From positions 674,278-738,277 of the forward strand of contig NW_003314352.1 of NCBI RefSeq assembly GCF_000143415.4: a DNA stretch of 64,000 nucleotides, written 5' to 3'. Origin of the DNA: Selaginella moellendorffii (lineage: Eukaryota > Plantae > Lycopodiophyta). A program made the translations under genes and the position numbers. The notes under the pieces are model-generated. The model saw only the letters and a list, made by a program, of their open reading frames with translations, had not been told where the DNA came from and searched no databases. The stretch's first letter is position 1; each line of letters begins with the position of its first letter. Shown one piece after another: positions 22,554 to 34,071 of this stretch.

Positions 22554-23975
22554 TATGAGACATAAATCCCTAAACCCCAAAGTGGAGCCAAAAGGGTGCT
22601 GTAAGGAACCAACTCCCCACGGTGTTGTAGGCTAAAAGATCCCCGAAAGCACGACCGAAATGATAAAGAGTTCATCGGATGGGACCGAGTCTGAGATCGA
22701 GTCCAAGACCGACTTTGAGACTGAGTTCCAGATAGAGTCTGGGATTGAGTCTGAGGCCGATTCCGAGACCGAATTCGAGACAGAGTCCGAGATCTGAGAT
22801 CGGGTCCGAGACGGAGTCTGAGGTCGAGTCCGAGGTCAAGTCTGAGATCGAGTCCAAGACCGAGTCCAAAGTCGGGTCCAAAATCAAGTCTGAGATCGAG
22901 TTCGAGACCGAGTTCGAGTACTAATACAGGTCGAGGGGTGAAAGCCCAAAGCATGTGTCTCCTAGGGAGGGCGGGGGCTGCAAGGGGTTCGAAAAGTATA
23001 GTAGGGATAGTGAAGTCCAGGAATCAGTCTTGAAGGAACTCTCCAGTGGTGCTTCAAAACTGACTTGCGGTTGAAACTGGGGCTGAGGGGCCTTGGGTAG
23101 GAGTGAGCATGGACTCAAGTGGTGCTAGAGGGGTCACCCAAGGAAGTGCTCAAGAGAAACTCCCACTCCCGGAAGGGAAACCGATTGCGGTGCTCCCGGC
23201 TCATGTGGAGTGGTGCCCCACTTGAGTACCTTATGGCTCATTGGTCCTTGCCCTTCCTAGGGGCTTGGGTCTTCCCTTTCCCGGGGGGGGGGGGGCGGGG
23301 GCGGGCGGGGGGGTAAAGGTACCCATACCGGGCCGTTAGGCCACGATGTTTTGCCCTGGCATCCCAGAGCAAGTGTTGCATTCAAGGCTTGGGATTTAAA
23401 GGGTCTTATGATCAAGTTTTGTTGTGCCAAGGGAGGTTAAGAACCTAGAGTCTTAGTGTGCTTGGTTGCTTGTGCCTGTGGGGAGTGTAGTTGAACCTTA
23501 AGTCCAGTCTAACCCAGGGAAGGGGATTGGGGGAGATTAGGGAATCCGTGGATGGATGGCTAACACTCTGTTGCTCGTGTAGTAAGTAGTTGAAACCAAA
23601 TAGGACCAAGTAGGAGCTGGTACAATATGTGGGAACCTTGGCGAGGGAACTTAGCTAAAGCCAAGGCAGTGTTTGTCGGATAGACAAAGTAAGCTGGCAA
23701 ATTGGAAAGGAAAAATTTGTGGCTTACAGGTGCTATATGGTAGTGGTCGAAATGGAAGTCCAACAAGTATAACATGTTTAGACCAAAAACTCTGACTCTA
23801 AAAGTCAAAAGCGAGGGTGGAATTTCGAACAAAGTGCTCAAGGAATGAGCACAAAAAAATCGGTGAATAAGTATCTAAAAAAGGATACAAGAAGGACTGA
23901 TGCATAGCAAGTGTTGTGATACATAGTCGAGATGGAGTTTGAGATGGAGTTCAAGATGGGGTTCGAGACTAGGAC
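22554..23975. mobile_element. Truncated family-A LTR (same family as 56678-58203 and 51634-51945), interrupted by a family-B solo LTR
   Basis: The terminus tRtgagacaYaaa..ccccaaagtggagc..aagggtgc is shared, and homology resumes after 23733. Confidence 0.75.
22600..23728 (+). mobile_element. Family-B solo LTR (1129 bp) with internal GAGWCC hexamer array; strand is relative to the other copy only
   Basis: TGTAAGG...GCTTACA termini, TSD GGTGC; inverted homolog at 52214-53357. Confidence 0.88.
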
Positions 23976-24189
23976 AAGTCCTTTCATTGTGCAGACCAGC
24001 TATTCCATGTGAAATAACTAATCATCCACCCGTACCTTTGTCTGTGGATACTCCACACAAGAAGAAGGACGTACGCATGAATGCCCAATACATATGATTT
24101 CAAATTTAGGGGTAGGAATATACTTTGCTCAAGGGCATATTATATTTTTAAGTAGCCATTAATCAATAGGAATAAAATCCGTGCCATTT

Positions 24190-24360
24190 GCTTTGATACC
24201 ACATGTAGCGCACCCTATCTCTCTCCCCTTAAGCCAACTGGAAAAAGGGCAATTGCTTGATAAGAGAGCCTTTAGTGGTTATGTTATCCCCATTCCCAAG
24301 GTTCCAAGGATCTATGGTGACAGTATATCCAAATTTCATTCCATGATCACATGCACTACA
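24190..24360 (-). mobile_element. Family-C short 5' LTR (24204-24360) with tRNA-iMet PBS
   Basis: TGTAG..CTACA termini; TGGTATCAAAGC then ATGGCA on the minus strand; homologous to 50293-50454. Confidence 0.75.
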
Positions 24361-26353
24361 GGGGGTTTAGTGAAGTTCAAAAGGATATTAGGACTTCAAT
24401 AGAACTAATTTGGCCAGGAAATGCTAGTGTGACTAATGAAAGCTATTATCAGGAATCCCTCAATTCTTGCCACATTCCTGACTCTCACCGGATTCTTGAC
24501 TTGCAAACCACATTCTTGATTCTCGAGACACTTCTCTATTCTTGACTCTCTAGACACTTCCCTATTTTTGACTCTCGATTTCCCATACAATTCCTGAGTC
24601 TTGAGCCACATTCCTAATGATGATGTGGCGCCTCCTCAACCTCAACTATATTTAGGCCGTCCTCAATCCAAGAGTGGTGGAGCTTCATCAACCTATAGTA
24701 TATATAGGTTAGCCTTGTTCCATTTCTCTATGGAAAATGCAAAAGACAAAGAGAAAAGCTAGTGAAAACGAAGAAGAGGCCTTAGACTGGCGTTGATTCA
24801 GATTGTTGATCTTGTTGGGGGTCTTGACAGTTTGATTCAAATTGTGTTTTTTCATTTTTTTCTTTAGCTCATTTTGATTGTTTGACTGCCTTTGCCTTTT
24901 TTCCCTTTTCTTTCTTTCTTCTTTGCCAATGGAGTCTCCAAGCCATCCTGATTTCTTTGCCGAAGTCCTTGCAAAAATCCAGTCTGAGAATACCGAGCTG
25001 AAGGCAACCCTTCTTCGCATGCAGCAAGAGCTTGCTTCACTTTCAGCTCAAGGATCCAGCAAAGTTCCTGAACCGAAGGTGAGTTTCCCGGCAAAATTTT
25101 TAGGCAAGCATTCAGAGCTTCGTGGATTCCTGAACCAGATGGAGCTGATCTTCGCACTTAAACATCGGTGGTACCCCACTCCCAAGTCTCAAATCGGTGC
25201 GATTGGGATGTTGCTCGAAGGTGCAATTTTGTCATGGTTTTCTCCTCTCCTGGAGAAGAGCATGAAAGGGATCGTGGTTCCGGAGCTGATGGATCTTCAA
25301 TTGTTCAAAGAGAAGCTCGAAGCATGTTTTGGTGATATGGATCGGGTTCAGGCTGCCACCACAAAGATGAGACATCTCTCTCAGGGGTCTCGTCTTGCCT
25401 GGATCTATGCTGCAGAGTTTCAACTCCTTGCCTTGGACACTTAGTGGGATGAGTGGGCCCTGATTGATCAATTTCATTTCGGCCTCAACAATGGTGTCAA
25501 GGATTTGTTGCTCACCATGGAGGATCCCACAAACCTGTTGGACGCCATCAACAAAGCTATTCGATGCGACAATCGTCTCTTTGAACGTCGTCAGGAAAGT
25601 CGCTGCATCGCCGTTTTCCCATCCCAGACTCAGGAATCCCAGCTTGAGTCTTCAGGGCATACTCCTGAACCTACTGGTCCGGTCTTGATGGATATTTCTG
25701 GTACTCCCCGACTCATCAGAGGGAAGTTGAGTCTTGCTGAGAAGCAACGTCGAATATCTCATAATCTTTGCCTCTACTGGCTGATCCTAATCACAAAGCA
25801 ACTATGTGTCCCAAGAAGCCTCCCCAACTACTCGAGTTCACTCTGCGTCAAAGTCCACCTCTGTTGCAGTCGGGAAACGACCCTGTCCAAACAGAGTAGG
25901 AGCTGTTTATTTGGACTCCCTGAATAAAAATCACTTTTCTTCTTTATCAAGCTCCTCACTACCTTTCATCAAAGCCACCACCAATTCCCGCAACTTCTGC
26001 GTCCCATGTCTCCTTTCTTTCACCGGACAATCAGGACTCAAGGCTCTGGTGCTACTGGACTCGAGTGCAACTTCCTACTTCATGGACATGGACTTTGCTG
26101 CCCGACATCACATTCCTCTTTCTCCTACCATACGGGATCTAAGGGTTGAAGGCATTGGTGGGCATTTTGTGTCTGCATCTTCTGGACTTAGGGAAACGTT
26201 GCCCGTTCGAGTACACATCGGGTCCACTGTCACCGATATCGCCTTCAACATCATTAACAGCAAGTCCTCCTTTGTGGTTCTTGGCCTCCCTTGGTTCCAA
26301 CTATATCAGCCTCAGATTTTTTGGAAGGAATTACAGCTTGTCTCTCCCACATC

Positions 26354-28891
26354 CATAGTTACGAACACGAACACGGAACACGAACACGAGCCTCAGATTT
26401 CAGGAACCCGAACATGGAACACAATCACGGCCCACGATGGCTCACGAATATTCTACTGAATATTCTAAGAATATGTTATTTAAAAATTATATTCTATTTC
26501 TTATTATATTATTATAGGAATATGCTATATTTTATTATATTATTCTTAATATTTTTATTTGCACATAAACTACTTCACACTTTTAAACTACTCAAATATC
26601 CTGCATCTCATCGTCATCTTCAACCTCATGATCTTCGACCTCACGATCTTCGACATCATCTCCATCTTCCTCTTCCTGTCCTGACTCAAGCTCGTCTTCA
26701 GGATGAGGAACTGTCTCCAGGACTTTGTAGCTTACAAACTTGTCGTAATCACGATCATTTTTGCAGGTTAACAACCTGGTGTTGCAAGCCACAAAAACCA
26801 GATCCGCTGTCCTGTCCATGGTAAGTCTGTTCCTCTTTTTTGAAGAAACATGCTCGAAAGTACTGAACAATCTCTCCACCGAGGACGACGAGCATGCCTG
26901 ACTTAGAACTTGAATGGCCAACTTCTGAAGAGCTGGAGTTTCATAACCATAGTCCTCCCACCAACGTACAGCTCCCCTCTTAGTGCGATCAGCCTTAGCA
27001 TCATATGAGTTGAAAATGCCTCCTATCCTCCGGTAAGTTAAAAGCTCATCACGTATCACATCCCTCTCACTGGATGTAAACATGGCCAGTAGATAAGCAT
27101 TCCAGTCCTTCATGACCTCTCTGTTAGCATGCTTTTCATACTCCTGAAACTCGGGGTCCAACATGTACGCCACTGAGTGCATGAGCGAGTGATACTCATG
27201 CCACCTATTAGACATGATCTGATGAAGTTCCCTGTACCTGCCATAATCTGACTGTCCTTCTTCTAAACTTGCATCCAACCTGTTCATGCACTCATATATC
27301 TTTCCAATCGCAGGTATATCACCGTCCACAACACGAAGAAGTAGCATAACATCCTTGGACACCTCTAGCATGTCCTTAACCTGTTGCCAGAAACTATCAT
27401 CAAAAACCGTTGCATAACTGTCCCTTCCTGCTCTCGACTTCGACTCAGGCCTTGCTCTGTACGCAGGGCATACGAACATCTGTTGTAAAGCTTCTCAGAG
27501 CTCCACCAGCCTCTCCATCATAATGAAGTTGTAGCCGAACCTGGTATCACAATAACGCAGCAATCGCTTGTGAGTAAACTCCACCAGCAGTGCCACTATA
27601 TGAGAGTGGTTTCTAACGAAGATCACCAAAGACTTTCCACGCTCCAGAAGTGTTGCCATCCATGGAAGTACACCAAAGTCTTTCAAGGCATTGTTCAAGC
27701 AATGGGCAAAACATGCTGCCCATTGAATTTTCGGGTACCTCTGTTGCAAAAGTGTTGCTGCTGCTCTGTTTGCATTTTCCCCATCGGTCACAACCATGAC
27801 AACGTTCTCTGCACCTACAATGTTAATGCCTTCTTCCCAGCAGCGCAGAGTATTTTCAGCTGTTTTTCCTATTAAGGAAATGTCGATAGCCTTCAAAAAG
27901 GCTCCTCGTCCTTGACTATATGCCACAAGCCCCATGATATGCCGATTCCTCCTATCTACCCACCCGTCTGCGCATATGGTTGCACCCCTCTGCTCCCACT
28001 GCTTCCTCAAGGACGCCATCTCAATGTCAATGAATCGTTTCTCTTTCACCAAAAGCTTATCCTGGAGATCATCATATTTTGGTGGTGCATAAGGCACACC
28101 ATGCCTGGCAACTTCCTGTATCATGTTGAGGAAGTAAGGTGACCGAGCCTTGACAAATGGAATGTGTTCATTCCAGAAAAATCTTCCGATAGCCACATCA
28201 ACTCGGTTCTTCCGCTTAGGATCCATCGAATCAACAATATGGACTTGACTCTGTTTGCTAAAAAACAGGGAACTGCAGCCACTTCCACTTGACTGGGATG
28301 ATACCACCGGTGGAAATCCTTGGACATTGCCATCCATTCTCATAGAAGCACCACCAGATTCATTCGGCCGTTTCTTCCCCCTTGCCCCTTTCTCGGAATC
28401 AATAACCTTTTGCATATTGAGCAGATCCGCTTTCTTGTTACCTGGGATGAGAGGACAACTCACAATATCCTTGCTGCCTGGGCCTTCTCCTAACAGATGA
28501 GCTCGCACACGATCAACACCACTCAGTTTGTTCACCATTGGGTAGTATTTGCATGACCATAATTTGTGGCCATGCCCCCTGCTCTCAAGAACACTTACCT
28601 CATCCCACCATCGCGAAGAAGGATGCTTTCGCAGTATGCTGGATTGCTGCGCCATGCTTGTTTGCCTTGGATTGCTACTGCTGTGCCCTGAAATGGTGTG
28701 CCCTGGCTGGATTGTCGTGTGATGCCGTGCGCCCTAAAACCAGAATATTCCGCACGAGAATATTCTGAACAGTGGTCCGTGTTACTAACACGGACCACTG
28801 TTCACGAACACGGCCGTGGGAACACGACCCATGGCCGTGTTCGTGAAACACGGTGAACACGGCCGGGATCCCGGCCGTGTTCGTAACACGG
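26354..28891 (-). mobile_element. hAT DNA transposon nested in the chromovirus pol
   Basis: 8 bp TSD CCCACATC (26346-26353, 28892-28899); imperfect 16 bp TIRs sharing GTTACGAACACG; subterminal ACACG repeats at both ends. Confidence 0.95.
26592..28655 (-). pseudogene. hAT transposase (BED finger, DUF659-type DDE core, C-terminal dimerisation domain) with one in-frame stop at 27495-27497
   Basis: WSCKYY..RVRAHL..C; CADGWVD; VVTDG; CFAHCLN; TRF; WWEDYG..LQKLAIQVLSQACSSSSVERLFS. The two ORFs are in the same frame: LVEL*EALQQM. Confidence 0.9.
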
Positions 28892-31800
28892 CCCACATCA
28901 CCATCTCCCACGGCTTCCCCTGCTGTTCATCAAGTCCGAATTAGGAAAAGTTCCCTAAACTCAAATTGGGGTTTTATTCCTGACTCTACGAAGTTTTCAC
29001 CCTCTTCTTTTTCCTCTCTTCCATCTTACACTGGATAGTATCTTCGTCTCATCATTCCATTTAGTTGTACGCCTTCTTCTATCTCCACAATCACTATGAA
29101 AGAACTTCTTCATGAAGAATCTATTTTCCTTTTTTCTTTGCATGTTTCTCCTGTCAGTCTTCCTGAGAAGTATCATGATTTTGGAGATGTGTTTAACAAG
29201 AAAAAAGCTACTGTATTGCTTGTTCATAAGCTTTATGACTGTCCCATTGATTTACAGGAAGGAGTGTCACCTCCGTGGAAGCCTATCTATGGGTTATCCC
29301 CATCTGAGCTTAACGCCCTCAAAGAATATGTGGATGAGAACCTTGCCTCGGGGTATATTTAGCATTCGCAATCCCCAGTTGAAGTGCCTATCTTCTTTGT
29401 CAAGAAGAAGGATGGGAGTTTGCGGCTAGTCATTGACTACCAAGGTTTGAACAAGGTGACTATTTGGAACCATTATCTGCTGCCCCTGATCTTGGACCTG
29501 TTGGAATGTCTCGGTAGTGCCCACTTCTTCACCAAGATCGACCTCTGTGGAGCATACAACTTGATCTGGATCCGGCCTGGTGATGAATAGAAAACTGCAT
29601 TTCGAACCTGCTATGGCCACTTTGAGTACACTATCATGCCATTTGGCTTGACAAATGCTCCAGCAGTTTTCCAACAAATGGCGAATGACGTCTTTCGGGA
29701 GTTTCTTGATCAGATGGTGATCGTCTACCTTGATGACATCCTTATCTACACAAAAACTCAGGAGGAGCATGACGAGCATGTGCACAAGGTGCTGGTGAAG
29801 CTACGGGAACACGGCCTATACACAAAGCTTGAGAATATTCCTTCAATCAGGAGTCTGTGGAGTTCCTTGGGTACATTGTCACTCCTGAGGGTATCACGAT
29901 GGATCCTGCCAAAGTCAAGACTATTCTCAAATGGGAGCCTCCACAATCAATGTCGGACGTTCAGGTTTTCCTTGGCTTCACCAAAATTCTACCACAAATT
30001 CATTGATCACTACTTTGACATTGTCCTTCCTCTCACGCATCTCACTTGCAAGGATGTTCCCTTCTCTTGGTCTGCTACTGCCTAGCAAGCCTTCGACACA
30101 CTCAAGGTGGCCTTCAGTTCTACTCCCGTCTTGATCCATGCTGATCCTTCACAACCTTTCTTCATCGAGGCTGACGCCTCCAACTTTGCCATCGGTGCTG
30201 TGTTGTCTCAACTCGGAGCAGATCAAGAATTTCATCCGGTCGCCTTCCATTCTCGGAAATTCCAGCCTGCGGAGATCAATTACGAAATCCACAACAAGGA
30301 GCTCCTTGCCATCATGGATTCCTTTGGAGAGTGGCATCGTTTCTTGGAGGGGGCGGGCCATCAAACAATGGTCTGGACGGATCACAAAATTCTCGAGTAC
30401 TTTGCCACTTCCCGAGTTTTGAGCCGTCGTCAAGCAAGGTGGGCACAATTCTTGAGTTGGTTTGACTTTGTTATCAAGTACAGACTTGGAAAGCTTCAAG
30501 GCCTTCCTGATGCTCTTTCAAGGCTCTCTTATCTCAGTCTCAAGCCTGATAATTCTGTCTTCGATCAACAGGATCAAGTTATCCTCGGTCCTGATCAGCT
30601 TCAAGTTATGGCAATTTCCCTGGCCCCTCAGGACTCCTCCTTGATGGATGCAATCAGAAACGATCTTCAATCCGATGACCTCGCCAGTGACATTTTCCCC
30701 CATCTTCAAGCTAGACACCCAGTGACTCCCGATTACTGGCAATTTGACGAGTTTGAGTTCGAGTTCTTAAATGGCTTGCTGTACCGTGGGGAGCAGCTTT
30801 ATGTTCCTGAAGGTGATGCTCAAAGGTTGGTCCTTATGGTGTGCCATGATAGCCCGGCTGCTGGTCACTTCGGCATTACTAAAACCTATGAGCTAGTTGC
30901 ACGGGACTTTTGGTGGCCTCACATGGATGACTACATCAAAGGTTTTGTTACCTCCTGTGACACTTGCGCCCGGAATAAGGTACCTCGCCACCTTCCTTCA
31001 GGTTTGCTTCGTTCCCTCCCGGTCCCTTCAGGTCCTTGGGAATCCATCTCCATGGATTTTTTGAGTGATCTTCCGAGTTCTGAAGGCTTCAACAGCATTT
31101 TAGTCATGATGGACCGCTTCACAAAGATGGCACACTTCTTTGTACCAAGGAGTTTTTGGGCAAGGAGATGGCAAAATTGGTATTTAGGGAAATTTTCCGA
31201 CTTCAAGGGATTCCTACAGATATGGTTTCGGGGACCTCAATTCATCTCTAATTTCTGGCAACGGTTTTTGCAGCTGCTTCGAGTGAAGGCCAACCTCTCT
31301 TCGGTGTATCATCCTCAAACTGATGGACAATTCGAGTGAACGATTCAGAAATTGGAACAATTCTTGAGGTGCTTCATCAACTATCATCAGGATGACTGGT
31401 TCAATATCCTTCCCCTTGCTGAGTTCTCCTATAACAACTCTGTTCACTCCTCTCTTCGAGTTTCCCCTTTTTTTGCGAACTCTGGCCGAAATCCCCAATT
31501 CAATCTCTCACTTCCTTCTCCATCCGAATCCTCTCGTTCAAATCCCCGCTCTGAGGCATTTGTCTCCAACCTCCAGGAAATCCACAACTCCATCTCCTTC
31601 CACCTCTATTGTGCTTAGGAATCTCACAAAACATTTGCCAATGTCCATTGTCAGGATTGTCCCCCTTACTATATTGGGGATAAAGTCTGGCTCCTTAGGT
31701 GAAATATCTCCACCACTAGGCTATGTCCCAAACTCGATTTCAAATGCCTCGGTCCTTTCCCTATCACTGCTATCATTAATCCTATCACTTATCGCCTTGC

Positions 31801-34071
31801 ACTTCCCTCCTCATATCAAATTCACCCTGTTTTCCACTCCTCTCTCCTTGAGCCTTATATTCCCAATCCTATTCCAAATCGGGTCATTCCTTTGCCTCCA
31901 CCAGTGCAACTTGAGGATGGGTCTGAGTACGAGGTTTAGGACATCCTTGATTCCAAGATCTCACGGTCTAAACTCTACTATCTGGTCGACTGGAAAGGTT
32001 ATGGACCTGAAGAATGCACTTGGGAACCTGCGGACAACCTGATTCATTCTTCTGACCTTGTTCAGGACTTCCACCGCCGCTATCCTTCTCGTCCTAGTCC
32101 TCATTCTTTTTCTCCATTCCCCGTCCCTCGCCGCCCATCTCATCCTCCTCTTCGTTCTCATTCACATTCTCATTCCACTCGTTCTTGAGGAGGGTGTGTT
32201 GTCAGGAATCCCCCAATTCTTGCTACGTTTTTGACTCTCGCCGGATTCTTGACTTGCAGACCACATTCCTGACTCTCGAGACACTTCCCTATTCCTAACT
32301 CTCGATTTTCCATATGATTCCTGAGTCTCGAGCCACATTCCTGATGATGATGTGGTGCCTCCTCGACCTCAACTATATTTAGGCCGTCCTCGATCCAAGA
32401 GTGGTGGAGCTTCATCAACCTATAGTATATATAGGTTAGCCTTGTTCCATTTCTCCACAATTTGAATCAACACCAATCTAAGGCTTCTTCATTTTCACTA
32501 GCTTTTCTCTTTGTTTTTTGCATTTTCCAATCTTGATCTTGTTGGGGGTCTTAACAGCTATACCCATGTAGTGGGTAATGATAACCACTAAGGAGTCTAG
32601 GGCTAGAGTGAACACAGATGGACAAGTGGATAACTTGGTAAAGTGTTTAAAAGTCAACTTTAGCTCCCCCTAGAATGGAAAATTTTATCATTTATAACTT
32701 GGTATTGAAGCTATTTTTTAGTCTAACTCTTATTGGTAGTTAAGTATATCACTACTTGATATTGGCATCAAAAGGTCTCAAAAGTGGGTCTATCCTAGAG
32801 GAGTAGTATGTCAAGAAGGCATAACTCTCCACTTAAGTTCATATGTGAATATGTAGGTAATATAATGGATAGAAAGGGTCAATAAGGGAATGACTTAAGG
32901 ATTTTAGGAAAAGTATAAGGTTTTCCTTAGAGAGTTGAGGATGTGATTTATATAAATTTGACTTAGTAAATTGGCTAATGTAATTATGGTAAATAACTAT
33001 AGTTAGGATTACAGAAAGATAAAGACTCTGAGATAGTAAAGGAGTTATAAAATTATCTTCATATGGTTGAGGATGGTGCTTATGAATTTAAGACTAGAGT
33101 TAATGACTTTGAAAAATCAAATATGGATCAAAACATAACTCCTTGAAATAGTAGTTGGGGCTACTTTTAATAAAAGTTGGAACAAATCAAGGAATTAAAG
33201 GGTGTATTCAAAGGATGAATTGGTGTTCTCATCATATAAAAAAATAATTCTAAGGAGTAAAAGTAGCCTACGTAGAATAAAGGATAATCAAATGTTGGAA
33301 TAACATTTGTAAAGATGGCCCTTGTGAATAAAATGTGAATACAAGAAGCTATATTCAAGTGTAGTGGAACCTCAAAAGGAGCTAGGATGCTATGACCTTA
33401 TAGGACGTTAGATTAATAAAGTCCAAAAGCTAGATGATTTAGTCAAGTCAAGGGATGGTCCTAAAGACTTGGAGGAATCCCATTTGGATGGAGGTTCATT
33501 GTATCCTATGAAGGATTAAGAGGATTATGAGATCCAAATATGAGAACATCAGGTATGTTATTAATGGCAGAATGTGCTATACTAAAGCCATGGAAAGGTA
33601 TTCATGGAAAAAAGCAACTTTGGCAAGGAGTTATATATAAATAATATATTGCAATGCTAACCGATAGTTGGCATGAGAAATAACTATTATTTTCTTGACA
33701 AATATTTAGACATAAATGGGAAGTGTCGTGAGGGTAAGCTCATAGAGCTGATGGTGTGGAGATACCAAATATTCTAAAATGTGATAGTTTGAAGTTAAGT
33801 TGGTTAATTTATGAGAACCTCTTGCCAAAGGAATCCCAATGGAAATGGGAGTAGCATACCCTAAGCTAGAAGGCATATAATTTGAGTGTGTTGACCCAAA
33901 TAATTATGGAAGTGTGAAAACACGAACAATAAGTTATAGGACTTAATGACTATGAGGAAACTAAGCAAAAAGTGTGATATAATTGATTGGATTAGTCACA
34001 GGTAACTTCCCAAAACTTTTTATTGGGATAAGGAGGTTAGATATATCCCTTGGGGGATAAATTATTTATGT

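Larger units (their letters stand above)
24447..32556 (+). mobile_element. Full-length but disabled Ty3/gypsy chromovirus (Tcn1/Tf1-sushi-like): gag-PR-RT-RH-INT-chromodomain
   Basis: LTRs 24447-24829 and 32200-32556, TSD GCTAT, PPT GAGGAGGG. Gag from 24929; CLYC-like knuckle; LLDSSATSYF protease; YLDDILIY RT; EADASNFAIGAVL RNase H; HDSPAAGH..CDTC and ISMDF integrase; YEV*DILDS..YLVDWKGYGPEECTWEP chromodomain. Several stops and frameshifts. Confidence 0.95.

Noticed and set aside
26592-28655. Two separate hAT genes, or a frameshifted or intron-split transposase
   Set aside because: Both ORFs are in the same frame, separated by one stop codon.
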